From: a virus
Strand: one strand, 5' to 3'
Virus record (IMG/VR): IMGVR_UViG_3300036792_000267
Location: 1 to 64,000 of that record
DNA: 64,000 bases
Of this stretch, positions 48,617-57,989 are shown piece by piece (position 1 is the first letter of the stretch; each line of letters opens with the position of its first letter). Below the pieces are notes generated by a model. It was not told where the DNA came from. It made no database searches and was given only the letters and a program-made list of their open reading frames with translations. Made by a program: the position numbers and the translations under genes.

Positions 48617-49431
48617 AGATCTGGGATACCTTCATGCTCCGCGACGAGCTGGACATCCTCGAATGCCACCTGCGGGAGTACGAGGACACGGATATCTACC
48701 GGCACATCCTGGTAGAGGCCCCGCTGACGTTCACCGGCCAGCCTAAGCCCCTGTACTACGCGGAGAACAGGGAGCGGTTCGCCCCGTGGGCCGACCGCAT
48801 CACCTACCTGGTGGACAACGAGCTGCCCGAGACGAACGACCCCTGGGCACGGGAACGGCACCAGCGGGATTTCGCCCTGCGCGGCCTTGAGGACTCGGAG
48901 CCCGGCGACGTCCTCATTGTCGCCGACGTGGACGAGCTGCTCTTTCACGAGACCCTGCAGCAGCAGCCAGAGCCGTTTCTCGGCTGCAACCTCCAGTTGC
49001 TGTACGGTGCGGTTGACCGGCTCGGCAACCGGCAGGTGATGGCGTCCCTTGCCCGCCGCGGTGCTGTCCACTCCCTCAACTCGGTGCGGGAGCTGCGGGA
49101 GCGCTACCCCAGGATCGAGCACGCCGGCTGGCACCTGAGCTGGCTCGGCGGGCCGGACGTGATCAGGCGGAAAGTCCAGTCGTTCAGCCATACCGAGGCT
49201 GTGCCGAAGATCTGCGGTGACGGCACCCAGCCAGGTATCGCGTACGAGATGTGGGCGTATGGCTGGGTGAACCCCGGCGGCGAGATGTACCCGGGCACCA
49301 CTGACGTGGACCCGGACGAGACCTGGCCGAAGTGGATCTGGGAGTCCTGGGACCCGGTTAACCGCTGCCGCCGCCCGGAGGGCCCGGCCCCTGACATCTG
49401 GTTCCGCCCGAGGAGGGCCCATGCTGAGTGA
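48613..49431 (+). CDS. GT17-family glycosyltransferase
   Basis: IWDTFMLRDELDIL, VEAPLTFTGQPK, RERHQR, DVDE, GWHLSW. Confidence 0.8.
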   Translation: MKIWDTFMLRDELDILECHLREYEDTDIYRHILVEAPLTFTGQPKPLYYAENRERFAPWADRITYLVDNELPETNDPWARERHQRDFALRGLEDSEPGDVLIVADVDELLFHETLQQQPEPFLGCNLQLLYGAVDRLGNRQVMASLARRGAVHSLNSVRELRERYPRIEHAGWHLSWLGGPDVIRRKVQSFSHTEAVPKICGDGTQPGIAYEMWAYGWVNPGGEMYPGTTDVDPDETWPKWIWESWDPVNRCRRPEGPAPDIWFRPRRAHAE

Positions 49432-50218
49432 CACCGCGCTGGTCATCACCGCGCACAAGAGACCCGAGTACCTGCGCCGGACGCTTGCGTCGTGGGCGGC
49501 GGCTGACCGCGTGGCGGAGCTGCGCCTGGTCGCCGTCGCGCTCGGCCCCTCGCACCGGCTGGACGACCAGATGGACGTCATCCGCGAGGCCGAGCAGGCC
49601 CTGGGCCGGAGGATCGTGGTCTTCCGCGACAGCCCGGAGGCTCAGCGCAGCCCCGGCATGCACCGCGCGCTCGGTGAGGCCATCGACCGGGTGACCGAGG
49701 ACTTCGCCCCCGAGTTCGTGCTCTGCGGCGAGGAGGACGTCATCGTCTCTGATGACGTGCTGGCGTACATGGCCTGGGCGCAGGTGCAGTACACCGACAG
49801 CATGCTGTGCATCTGCGCGCACAACCGCGGCGGGGCCGGCTGGGACGGGCTGAGCGCGCCGCGCGCCGACCAGGACGCCGACCAGGAGGCGGTCCGGCTG
49901 CTGCCGTACTTCAACCCCTGGGTGTGGTGCATCTGGCGGAACAACTGGAAGGCCGTGCTCCGCCCGGTGTGGGACTGGGACTGCGACAGCGGCGGATCAA
50001 GCGAGTCGGGTTACGACTGGAACATGCAGCGGCTGGCGTCCGTCGGCCCGTGGCAGAACCTGGTGCCGGACGCCGCGCGCAGCCAGACCATCGGCGAGCA
50101 CGCCGGCGTCTACTCCACCCCGGGCATCTTCCCGCTGCAGCAGGCGCAGTCTTTCCGCGGTCACCGCGAGCGCCCGGTGCGCTACCGGCTGGCGGAGAGC
50201 CCGCTTGGCGCTGGTTAG
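49421..50218 (+). CDS. GT-A fold glycosyltransferase
   Basis: ITAHKRPEYLRRTL, EEDVIVSDD, FNPWVW. Confidence 0.75.
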   Translation: MLSDTALVITAHKRPEYLRRTLASWAAADRVAELRLVAVALGPSHRLDDQMDVIREAEQALGRRIVVFRDSPEAQRSPGMHRALGEAIDRVTEDFAPEFVLCGEEDVIVSDDVLAYMAWAQVQYTDSMLCICAHNRGGAGWDGLSAPRADQDADQEAVRLLPYFNPWVWCIWRNNWKAVLRPVWDWDCDSGGSSESGYDWNMQRLASVGPWQNLVPDAARSQTIGEHAGVYSTPGIFPLQQAQSFRGHRERPVRYRLAESPLGAG

Positions 50219-50399
50219 CGAGAACGACAGCCTGCGGCGGTGGATTGTCTACGTCTACAAGGACGACAGGTGCACGTGCGACTACGCCTGGAAGAGCCTG
50301 GGCAAGGAGTACGGCGTCAGCTACGGCAAAGGCTGGGTCCGCCTGACTACGGCGGCGGACTGCCCACACCACGCCGCCCGATTAAAGGTGCGTGGCTAG
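50205..50399 (+). CDS. Hypothetical protein (TTA at 50382)
   Basis: CTC..CPHH. Confidence 0.55.
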   Translation: MALVSENDSLRRWIVYVYKDDRCTCDYAWKSLGKEYGVSYGKGWVRLTTAADCPHHAARLKVRG

Positions 50400-50832
50400 C
50401 GACTGGGACAAGTTCGACGGGCTGTTCACCTGCCCGAAGAGCGTAGAGGACGGCGACCTGCGCACCGGGTACGAGGAGTTCTACGCGACCGCCCGGCGCG
50501 AGTGCGAGGGCTTGGACATGTCGGTTGCGCAGATCATGCGCACGTCGGTGATGCTCAACTGGTTTTTCAAGCACCAGCAGGTCAGCCGCCGCGGTTACGG
50601 CACTGACGACGGCTACCAGCACCCAGGCCAGGAAAAGGACGCGATTTTGGCCTGGGAGGCCATCGCCAAGACCTGGGACGACGTGCGGATGAAGTCCAAG
50701 CGCGCCGACCCCGGCGGCCTCGCCCCGGAGAAGGTCCGCGATGTCTTCGTGGCCGTGCTGGCGGAGGTGGACGACCCTGGCCTGCGCGCCCTGCTGCAGG
50801 ACAAGTTCGTTGAGGCCCTGAGCGGGGCCTGA
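50392..50832 (+). CDS. Hypothetical protein
   Basis: TGATG coupling. Confidence 0.65.
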   Translation: MASDWDKFDGLFTCPKSVEDGDLRTGYEEFYATARRECEGLDMSVAQIMRTSVMLNWFFKHQQVSRRGYGTDDGYQHPGQEKDAILAWEAIAKTWDDVRMKSKRADPGGLAPEKVRDVFVAVLAEVDDPGLRALLQDKFVEALSGA

Positions 50833-52337
50833 TGGCCGGTGCCCTGGAGTTGCTGGAGGCCGAGCACGATGACCGCGAGGCCCATGACCACCTGCTGCGC
50901 GAGTGCCCGTGGTACCGACACGTGGACAAGGGCGGGCGCGACCACCCTGACCTGCATTGCAGGCCCGGCAACGGTGAGGGCGGCGCGCTAGTCAAGTTCA
51001 CCCCGCGCACGCCGGAGGCGTCCACGGTGGTGAAGCCGACGGTGCCGCCCGGCGGGCCCGGCTTGTTCCACATGAAAGGCCACCACCTGCCGCCGTACAT
51101 CGAGCACCTGTACCCGCACCTGGTGGCCCGCTACGGCAAGCAGGGGGCCTACCGGGTGGCGGTGGGCGTGGTCAAGAAGTGGAAGGAAGGCGTCAACCCG
51201 GGCGGGAAGCATCCGACAAAGACGCACCCGGACGTGCGGGCCGCCGCGCAGAAGAACATTGCTGAGTGGGAGAAGGAGAAGGCCGAGGCGCACCAGCACC
51301 GCGCTGAGCACGTCAAGGCGGCAGCCGGCGGCGTCGTCATCGCGCCGGGCACCCGCCCGCAGTACGGGCTTTACCAGAATCCGGTGCAGTCGATCTCGCC
51401 GAGCCCGCCGCTGCCGCCGGCGGTGGCGCTGCCGACCGCGGCCGAGGTGAAGGCGGTCATCCCGCTGGTGCCCGACTGCAGCCAGAAGGACCTGAGCGAC
51501 ACCGCGAAGAAGTTCCTGGAGCAGGCCGCCTGGAAGCTGAACAAGGACAACCCGCTGGAGGCGCTGAGCGTGATGCGCAGCGCCCAGACGGCCATGTACG
51601 CGGCGCACAAGGCCGACCTGGGGAACATGCTGCCCAGCGCCTACACGGCTAACGTGTTCACCCGCATCCCGCCGGCCGGCCAGTCCTCGGCGACGACGGC
51701 GATGAAGCAGGGCAACGAGCAGACACTCAGGTGGCGGAAAGCGGAGATGGCGCTGGGAGCGCTGTCTGACCGCATCCGCAAGCGCTATTTTCACGGGGTT
51801 TTCAACGGCCCGAGCCAGATGGCCCGGCTAGCGGAGGATGACATGAGCGCACTGGACCGCCTCGCGCTGGCGGTGACCACCGGCAAGGACGTGTCCGAGC
51901 CCACGGAGTCCGACACCTCGGGGGCGACGCCGCTCATCCAGCCGCCGGAGGACCTGCTGAACATTGCCGACCCCGACGCGCAGCGCCAGCTCGCGGCGCT
52001 GCCGGTGCTCGACAAGGACCGGGTGAACGCCTACCTGGCGCGAGCCCGGGACATGCTCCGCACCAACCCGGCGGGGGCAGCGCAGTCGGCGATGCGCGCC
52101 GCCGTGATTGCGAAGGAATCCGGCGCGCACGACCTGGCCCGGCACATCCTGCACCACGTGCGGGCCCTGGCTGACGGCGGCAACGCCACGTCCGCGCCGT
52201 CAGTCGCTGCGCAGATGCGCGCCGGAGGCAAGACGGTCAGCCCGCGTAACAGCCCCGGTCCTGCCAGCGACAACCCGAACGGGCCGGCGAAGCTGTCCGC
52301 GGTGGAGTTCCTGCTGGCCGCGGGGGCGGGCAGGTAG
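50832..52337 (+). CDS. Hypothetical phage protein
   Basis: Long GC3-biased ORF. Confidence 0.75.
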   Translation: MAGALELLEAEHDDREAHDHLLRECPWYRHVDKGGRDHPDLHCRPGNGEGGALVKFTPRTPEASTVVKPTVPPGGPGLFHMKGHHLPPYIEHLYPHLVARYGKQGAYRVAVGVVKKWKEGVNPGGKHPTKTHPDVRAAAQKNIAEWEKEKAEAHQHRAEHVKAAAGGVVIAPGTRPQYGLYQNPVQSISPSPPLPPAVALPTAAEVKAVIPLVPDCSQKDLSDTAKKFLEQAAWKLNKDNPLEALSVMRSAQTAMYAAHKADLGNMLPSAYTANVFTRIPPAGQSSATTAMKQGNEQTLRWRKAEMALGALSDRIRKRYFHGVFNGPSQMARLAEDDMSALDRLALAVTTGKDVSEPTESDTSGATPLIQPPEDLLNIADPDAQRQLAALPVLDKDRVNAYLARARDMLRTNPAGAAQSAMRAAVIAKESGAHDLARHILHHVRALADGGNATSAPSVAAQMRAGGKTVSPRNSPGPASDNPNGPAKLSAVEFLLAAGAGR

Positions 52338-52381
52338 GCCGATTACCCGGGCGGAATCCGCTTGCTCCCGGGAGGCACGCA

Positions 52382-53197
52382 GTGTCGCTGGATAAGATCC
52401 TCGCCCTGTCCGGCACTGGCGCCGGGCTGCCGGACCTGGACGCTGAGCTGCTGCTCGCCGTCCAGGCTGCCTCCCGGGAGCTGGCCTTGCTGCTGGCCTC
52501 CGGTGACGACAGCAGCGATGGCGACAAGGGCGGCGGGAACAAGCCCGGCAAGAACGGCGATGACGACGACAGCGGCGATGGCGGCGAGCACACGGGTCAC
52601 GCTACCTACAAGGCGATGGTGAAGCGGAACATCCCGCCGAAGAGGGCCGCCGCCATGTGCGCCAAGTCGGACAAGAACGTCAAGGCCACCCAGCTGGCCG
52701 AGTCCATCTCGGTCATCCTCGCCGGCAAGCCGGGCCAGGACATCGCGCTGGTGACGCTCACCCCGGCCAGCGAGACCGCCGAGGGGCGCAAGAAGGCGGC
52801 CGAGTCGGGGCACGCGCTGCCGGGCGGCAGTTACCCGATCGAGGACAAGAAGCACCTGCACTCGGCTGCGGTGCTGGCCGCCTCCGGGCACGGCGACACC
52901 GGCGCCGCCAAGGCGCTGATCCGCAAGCGGGCGCGCGAGCTGGGCGTGGACGTCAAGACGCTGCCTGGCTTCGGCGGCTCGGACGAGGACAACGAGAAGG
53001 CCGCCGCCTCGATGGTGGCGCTGGCCAAGCAGGCGGGCGGCGGGGTGGCGATGCACCACGCGCCGATGACCGGCACCCACGCGCACGCGCACGCGGTCGG
53101 GGCCACTCATGAGCACGACCACCAGCATTTCGGTGACAACAACCACAGCGGCGGCCCGCTGCACCGGCCGGGCTCTGAGCCGAGAAGGGACTGGTAA
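52382..53197 (+). CDS. Hypothetical protein with phage head-associated motif and His-rich tail
   Basis: RKKAAESGHALPGGSYPI...IRKRARELG. Confidence 0.65.
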   Translation: MSLDKILALSGTGAGLPDLDAELLLAVQAASRELALLLASGDDSSDGDKGGGNKPGKNGDDDDSGDGGEHTGHATYKAMVKRNIPPKRAAAMCAKSDKNVKATQLAESISVILAGKPGQDIALVTLTPASETAEGRKKAAESGHALPGGSYPIEDKKHLHSAAVLAASGHGDTGAAKALIRKRARELGVDVKTLPGFGGSDEDNEKAAASMVALAKQAGGGVAMHHAPMTGTHAHAHAVGATHEHDHQHFGDNNHSGGPLHRPGSEPRRDW

Positions 53198-53199
53198 CC

Positions 53200-53379
53200 A
53201 TGTTCGCTTGGGTAGGCGCGCTGTTCGCCGCCATCGCCTTCATCCTGTACGCAGCCAAGTCCGGTACCAATGTCCCGTGGACCCCGATGGGCTTCACGAT
53301 CCTCGCCATCCTCTGCCTGCTACTGCACGTGGCGTTCTGGTGGTACCCGGTCGGCCGCCGCCCGGGGCCGCCAGCGTGA
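53200..53379 (+). CDS. Small two-TM membrane protein
   Basis: MFAWVGALFAAIAFILYAAK...FTILAILCLLLHVAFWW. Confidence 0.6.
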   Translation: MFAWVGALFAAIAFILYAAKSGTNVPWTPMGFTILAILCLLLHVAFWWYPVGRRPGPPA

Positions 53380-55343
53380 CCTCGGCCGGCGCTGCCGCCG
53401 CGGCCCTGCTCGGGTCGGCCGGCGGCACGGGGACGTCGGCGGGCGGGACCGGCATCTTCGAGGAGGAGCCGGTCCCGCTCGACGTGTTCGTACGGGACCG
53501 CGACTACCTGGCCAACCCGCCGCTGAGCGAGGTCCAGTACGAGGCGGTGCGGCACGCTGAGCGGGTCTACTACCTGGCCACCTACGACCTGCTCAGCCAG
53601 AGCGCCGACAAGCGGGTGCGGGACTACTGGAGCCAGCCGACGCGGATGGTCAACTTCCTCGAACTCGAATGGGGCAAGGGCGGCGGCAAGGACCACACCT
53701 GCCGGATGATTGCCATGCGGGTGTGCTACCTGCTGCTGTGCCTGAAATCCCCGCAGGACTACTACCAGATGCCTGAGCAGGACAGCATTCACGTTCTCAA
53801 CGTCGCGTCGTCCTCCAAGCAGGCCCAGCGCGCGTTTTTCGCCCCGATGCGCCGCGCCGTGCAGCGGCCCGGCTGCTGGTTTCAGCGCAAGGCGGGAATC
53901 GACATCCTCGACGCCGCCGAGCGGCAGCGCCGCGGTGCCCGCGGCGACCGGACCGTCACCCTGCTGGACACCATCCGGTTCGAGCACAATATTGAGGCCG
54001 TCTCCGGGCACAGCGACGCCGACAGCCAGGAGGGGCTCAACCTGATTCTCGGCATCGCCGACGAGATCGACGCGTTCCGGTCGGCGGCGGAACTGGCGAA
54101 GAACGCGGGCGCCAAGCAGCGCGAGTCCTCCAGCTCGGCCGAGGCGATCCTCGACATGATTCGCACAAGTGCGACCACAAGGTTTCCGGAAACCTTCAAG
54201 AACGTGCACATCTCCTATCCCAGGTATCTGGGCAGCACCATCCAGCAGCTGGTTGCCAGGGGGAAGGCAGACAACGAGGCTCGCGGGAACAAGAGCCGCT
54301 ACTACGTGTCCGGCCCGCTGGCCACCTGGGAGGCGAACCCTCGTATCAAGGGCAAGGAGTCGTTCGCGGAGGACTACCTGAAGGACCCCGCCATGGCGGA
54401 GGCCAAGTACGAGTGCAAGCCGCGGCGCGCGGTCAACCCGTACTTCGCCAACGAGGAAGCCATCCGCGACTGCCTCACCGAGTACGCCCAGCCGCCCCTG
54501 GCAGTGAGCTACATCCGCGAGGGCGCGTCGTGGAAGCCGGTCTACACGTTCAGCTCCGAGTGCTACCCGGTGAAAGGCGCCTTGTACGCCATGCACGCCG
54601 ACCTGGCGGCCACCGGCGACCGGGCCGGCATCACCCTCGCCCACGTCAAGCGCTGGCAGGACCACGCGCTGACCGGGTACGACGAGGACGGGCTGGAGAT
54701 CAAGGTCGCTGAGCGCCGCCCGGTGGTGAAAGTGGACTTCACCATCAGCTACGAGGCCGACGCCGGGGCCCGCCCGCCGATGGAGATCCAGATCCGGTGG
54801 GCCCGCATGCTGTGCCTGGAACTGCGCCGGATGGGATTCCCGGTGACGTTCTTCTCCTTCGACCAGTGGCAGTCGAAAGACTCGATGCAGATCCTGGAAT
54901 CGCACGGCATCGAGACCGACCGCTTCTCCACCGACGTGTCCGAGGAGGGCTGGCGCACCCTGCGCGACGTTATGTACGAGGGGCGCCTGGAGATGCCCGC
55001 CCGCGAGCTGACGGTCATCGAGCTGCTGGGCTTGAGCCGCTTGCCAAATGGCAAGATCGACCACCTGGGCGACAGCTCCAAGGACGAGGCCGACAGCCTG
55101 GCGGGCGCGGTCTCCGGGGCGCTGCGCATCGGCGGCATGGAGGACGCCAGCGGCAAGCGGGCCTACCCTGGCCAGATCTCGTTCTACGGGCCGGCGGCCG
55201 AGATTCCCTTCCCCGCGGGAATGCCGGCGGCCATGTCGGTGCTCGGGCCTGACCAGTTCATGCCGCCCGACCGGCCTGGCATGGAGTACGGCAGCAGCTA
55301 CCTGGACGACTGGGGCTCGGTCAGCGGGGACTACCTGCAGTAA
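53376..55343 (+). CDS. terL: Terminase large subunit
   Basis: WGKGGGKD, QAQRAFF, IADEID, ISYP, HADLA, DQWQS, DH..SSKDEADS. Confidence 0.88.
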   Translation: MTSAGAAAAALLGSAGGTGTSAGGTGIFEEEPVPLDVFVRDRDYLANPPLSEVQYEAVRHAERVYYLATYDLLSQSADKRVRDYWSQPTRMVNFLELEWGKGGGKDHTCRMIAMRVCYLLLCLKSPQDYYQMPEQDSIHVLNVASSSKQAQRAFFAPMRRAVQRPGCWFQRKAGIDILDAAERQRRGARGDRTVTLLDTIRFEHNIEAVSGHSDADSQEGLNLILGIADEIDAFRSAAELAKNAGAKQRESSSSAEAILDMIRTSATTRFPETFKNVHISYPRYLGSTIQQLVARGKADNEARGNKSRYYVSGPLATWEANPRIKGKESFAEDYLKDPAMAEAKYECKPRRAVNPYFANEEAIRDCLTEYAQPPLAVSYIREGASWKPVYTFSSECYPVKGALYAMHADLAATGDRAGITLAHVKRWQDHALTGYDEDGLEIKVAERRPVVKVDFTISYEADAGARPPMEIQIRWARMLCLELRRMGFPVTFFSFDQWQSKDSMQILESHGIETDRFSTDVSEEGWRTLRDVMYEGRLEMPARELTVIELLGLSRLPNGKIDHLGDSSKDEADSLAGAVSGALRIGGMEDASGKRAYPGQISFYGPAAEIPFPAGMPAAMSVLGPDQFMPPDRPGMEYGSSYLDDWGSVSGDYLQ

Positions 55344-55354
55344 GCTGCGGTGGC

Positions 55355-55579
55355 GTGTGGCCGCGCCGTAAGCCGTTCCGTCTCCTGTGCCCGTTCTGCG
55401 GTTCCCCGTTCTTCTGGGTGCGCGCCGGGCTGGTGCGCTACCGTAACAGGCTGCCGGTCATCACCTCGCTGAACGGGGCGGGCCTGGAGTGCGCCGATTG
55501 CGGACTGGTGACCGACTACCAGGATTTCGTGGACCAGCACCGCGGCTGGCTGGTGCCCCGGCGCAAGGTCCGGTCGTGA
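55355..55579 (+). CDS. Zinc-ribbon protein
   Basis: CPFCG...CADCG. Confidence 0.6.
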   Translation: MWPRRKPFRLLCPFCGSPFFWVRAGLVRYRNRLPVITSLNGAGLECADCGLVTDYQDFVDQHRGWLVPRRKVRS

Positions 55580-55836
55580 GCGTCCCGTTCGAGATTTTGA
55601 TGGAGTACGCGGCCAGCCTCACCGAGGACGACCTGAAAGAGCCGATGGGCCAGCTGGCCGCCCGCGCCGGCACGATGCCCGAGCGCCTGGCCGACGCCAT
55701 GGTGGCCGTTAAGGTGGCGCGGGCCACGCCGCTGTCCATCCGGGCGACCATGCACCCGGCGGTGCGCAGGGCGGTGGACGCCGATCGCGGCGGGGTGGCG
55801 AGCGGGGCGCTGACCAGCTTCTTCGAGCCTGAGTAG
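55576..55836 (+). CDS. Hypothetical protein
   Basis: GTGA coupling. Confidence 0.6.
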   Translation: MSVPFEILMEYAASLTEDDLKEPMGQLAARAGTMPERLADAMVAVKVARATPLSIRATMHPAVRRAVDADRGGVASGALTSFFEPE

Positions 55837-55853
55837 GAACCCCGCGGATATGG

Positions 55854-55884
55854 CTTGACACGAGTCAAGCAGAGGTAGTACGAT
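55854..55884 (+). promoter_or_regulatory. Promoter of tRNA array with operator
   Basis: TTGACA-18-TACGAT; CTTGAC-ACGA-GTCAAG. Confidence 0.7.
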
Positions 55885-56006
55885 AGAGATCCAGGTCCCG
55901 GTAGACCTTAAATGCCCGCGAGATGGGACACTCTCCGGGGGGAGCGCAGGCCCCCCACCGATAAAACAGGTTGCGGGCCACAGGGCGCGCAGGCAAGCTA
56001 GGAGTC

Positions 56007-56123
56007 ATGGTGAACAGGTCATCGAGTAAGCAGCAGGCGCGAGGGTGGTACGTCCACCCGTTCGCAGCCATGCCGCTGCCCGAAGACAACTGCACCATCA
56101 CCCGCGAGGTGGTCCCTGGATAG
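56007..56123 (+). CDS. Putative 38-aa leader peptide
   Basis: AGGAG RBS, ATG..TAG before terminator. Confidence 0.4.
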   Translation: MVNRSSSKQQARGWYVHPFAAMPLPEDNCTITREVVPG

Positions 56124-56144
56124 GACTCAGCATCCTGTTGCAGG

Positions 56145-56178
56145 AGCCGCCCCCCGGATACCGGCAGGGGCGGTTTTT
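56145..56178 (+). terminator. Intrinsic terminator/attenuator
   Basis: AGCCGCCCC..GGGGCGGTT then T run. Confidence 0.6.
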
Positions 56179-56196
56179 AGTTGGACAACTCAACAT

Positions 56197-56270
56197 AGGG
56201 GTGTAGCTCAGTAGGTCAGAGCAGCGGTCTCCAAAACCGTGTGCCGCGGGTTCGAATCCCTCCTCCCCTG
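56197..56270 (+). tRNA. tRNA-Trp(CCA)
   Basis: Cloverleaf, loop CTCCAAA. Confidence 0.85.
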
Positions 56271-56282
56271 CGACCGTCAGCA

Positions 56283-56557
56283 ACGGCGAGAGCCTGAGCA
56301 GGCGCATGTCAACCGCATATTGACACTTCCACAGCGTGAGCATCTGCGGCGGGCGCCAACCCGCCGCAAGTTTCGGCGTGGTGAAAGACAATGCAGCTAC
56401 TCCCGGGGAGCAGCAGCCGTTAAAGGCTGGGGTCGCCGCAAGGCGGTCCTGTACCGGGCACCGTGCCAGTTTGAAAGCTTGCCGTGCCGTCATCAGGCGG
56501 AGTACACGGCAGCCAAGCGTGACGGCCGGGGCCGCGTTCACACCGTGGTCTCGCCGT
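56283..56557 (+). ncRNA. Candidate large structured ncRNA (~275 nt)
   Basis: Closing stem ACGGCGAGA/TCTCGCCGT plus several internal hairpins. Confidence 0.55.
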
Positions 56558-56566
56558 CGCGCCTAT

Positions 56567-56639
56567 GGGGTCTTAGCTCAGCTGGAAGAGCATCTGCTCG
56601 GCAGACAGAAGGTCACGGGTTCAAGTCCCGTAGGCTCCA
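56567..56639 (+). tRNA. tRNA-Ala(GGC), C33
   Basis: G3:U70, loop TCGGCAG. Confidence 0.85.
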
Positions 56640-56775
56640 CTGGACCGGATGGCAAGTCTGTCGCCATGTGTAGAGGGCCGTGACGGGTACCTCAGCGGCG
56701 GTTATACCGAAAGCCGGGTGTCTCCGGTGGCAAAGCGGCAGGTTTCGCGGGACATCTCCGTCATCCGGTTCTCCT

Positions 56776-56848
56776 GGGGCTTTAGCGCAGCTGGTAGCGC
56801 GCTGCATTCGCACCGCAGAGGCCGCGGGTTCGACTCCCGCAAGCTCCA
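56776..56848 (+). tRNA. tRNA-Ala(CGC)
   Basis: G3:U70, loop TTCGCAC. Confidence 0.88.
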
Positions 56849-57124
56849 CGTGGCGGACCGTGGCACGGCATCCGCAGCAGGGCCGATCACCCTGTGCACA
56901 GGTAACCGGCCTTGAATGCCCGGCGCGAGTCCAAGCGTCCGGGGCGGAGGCACCCGCCACTCCAATTCCCGGTGAGTAAGCCGTGGCAGGCTGAGGGGCC
57001 GGGGCAATGCGGAACAAGGCACGTGCTGGTCTGCCCCGTCGGTTCCAACCTCCGGGCCTGCTGGCCAAGGTCGCCTCGCCAGGCGGCTGATGCGGCGATG
57101 CAGGACCATGACGACCAGATTCAA

Positions 57125-57198
57125 CTAGCTATGGCGCAGCTTGGTAGCGCATCGCGTTCGGGACGCGAGGGCCGCAGGTTCAAATCCTGCTAGCCAGA
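57125..57198 (+). tRNA. tRNA-Pro(CGG)
   Basis: Loop TTCGGGA. Confidence 0.88.
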
Positions 57199-57199
57199 C

Positions 57200-57274
57200 T
57201 GGGGTGTAGGGAAGATTGGTCATCCCGCCTGCCTTGGGTGCAGGAGATCGCCGGTCCGAGTCCGGTCACCCCGA
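57200..57274 (+). tRNA. tRNA-Pro(TGG), C55
   Basis: Loop CTTGGGT, T-loop TCCGAGT. Confidence 0.85.
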
Positions 57275-57320
57275 CCCGTGTGAGTCAACCGACACACGTA
57301 AATCCCCATCGGTTGAGCCT

Positions 57321-57394
57321 GGGGCCTTAGCTCAGTTGGTAAGAGCGTCTGGTTGAAACCCGGAAGGTCGGTGCGTCGAGTGCACCAGGTCCCA
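57321..57394 (+). tRNA. tRNA-Phe(GAA)
   Basis: Loop TTGAAAC, T-loop GTCGAGT. Confidence 0.82.
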
Positions 57395-57408
57395 CGCAGT
57401 AACACAAT

Positions 57409-57481
57409 GGGGATGTGGCCGAGCGGCTACAGGCTCCTGCCCTCCAAGCAGGCTACGCGGGTTCGATTCCCGTCATCCCCT
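57409..57481 (+). tRNA. tRNA-Gly(TCC), C33
   Basis: Loop CCTCCAA, U73. Confidence 0.82.
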
Positions 57482-57588
57482 CTGGTACGGGCCAGACTCA
57501 TAATCTGGTTGCGTGCAAGCGGCTGTCGCGCCGCGGCCGGGCCGCCTGACGGGGGGCGACACCTTCGTCAGGGGCGCCGGTTGTTTAC

Positions 57589-57661
57589 GTGCCGCTAACT
57601 CAATTGGCAGAGTACCGTCCTCTTAAGTCGGGAGTTGGGGGTTCAAGTCCCTCGCGGCGCA
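57589..57661 (+). tRNA. tRNA-Lys(CTT)
   Basis: Loop CTCTTAA. Confidence 0.88.
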
Positions 57662-57744
57662 CTGGAGGCGGTCCGGAGACCGCGCCCGTGGCTGACAACG
57701 ACGTACAGGTCTCCTGCTGTCAGCGGGCCCGCCTCCAGCTTTTC

Positions 57745-57820
57745 GGGCGAGTAGCAGAACCGGCATATGCGGCGGCCTCAAAACCCGTGTCTCCTGCGGG
57801 TTCAAGTCCCGCCTCGCCCA
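57745..57820 (+). tRNA. tRNA-Leu(CAA)
   Basis: Loop CTCAAAA, short variable arm. Confidence 0.85.
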
Positions 57821-57917
57821 CGCGGCTGGCAAGGCCGTTCTGCGAATCCTTGCCCGGTCCCCTCTGCGGGAGGAACAGGTCCGTCAATCCGGGGTCAGCA
57901 AAGAGCCTCGGCAACTA

Positions 57918-57989
57918 TGGAGTATGGGGTAATCGGCAGCCCGGCAGATTCTGGCTCTGTCAGTCTTGGTTCGAGTCCAGGTACTCCAG
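57918..57989 (+). tRNA. tRNA-Gln(CTG)
   Basis: U1-A72, loop TTCTGGC. Confidence 0.88.

Noticed and set aside
6318-55064. Long minus-strand ORFs (e.g. 6318-8402, 15447-17045, 44238-45977, 52953-55064)
   Set aside because: Shadow frames of GC3-rich plus-strand genes, with no motifs or RBS.
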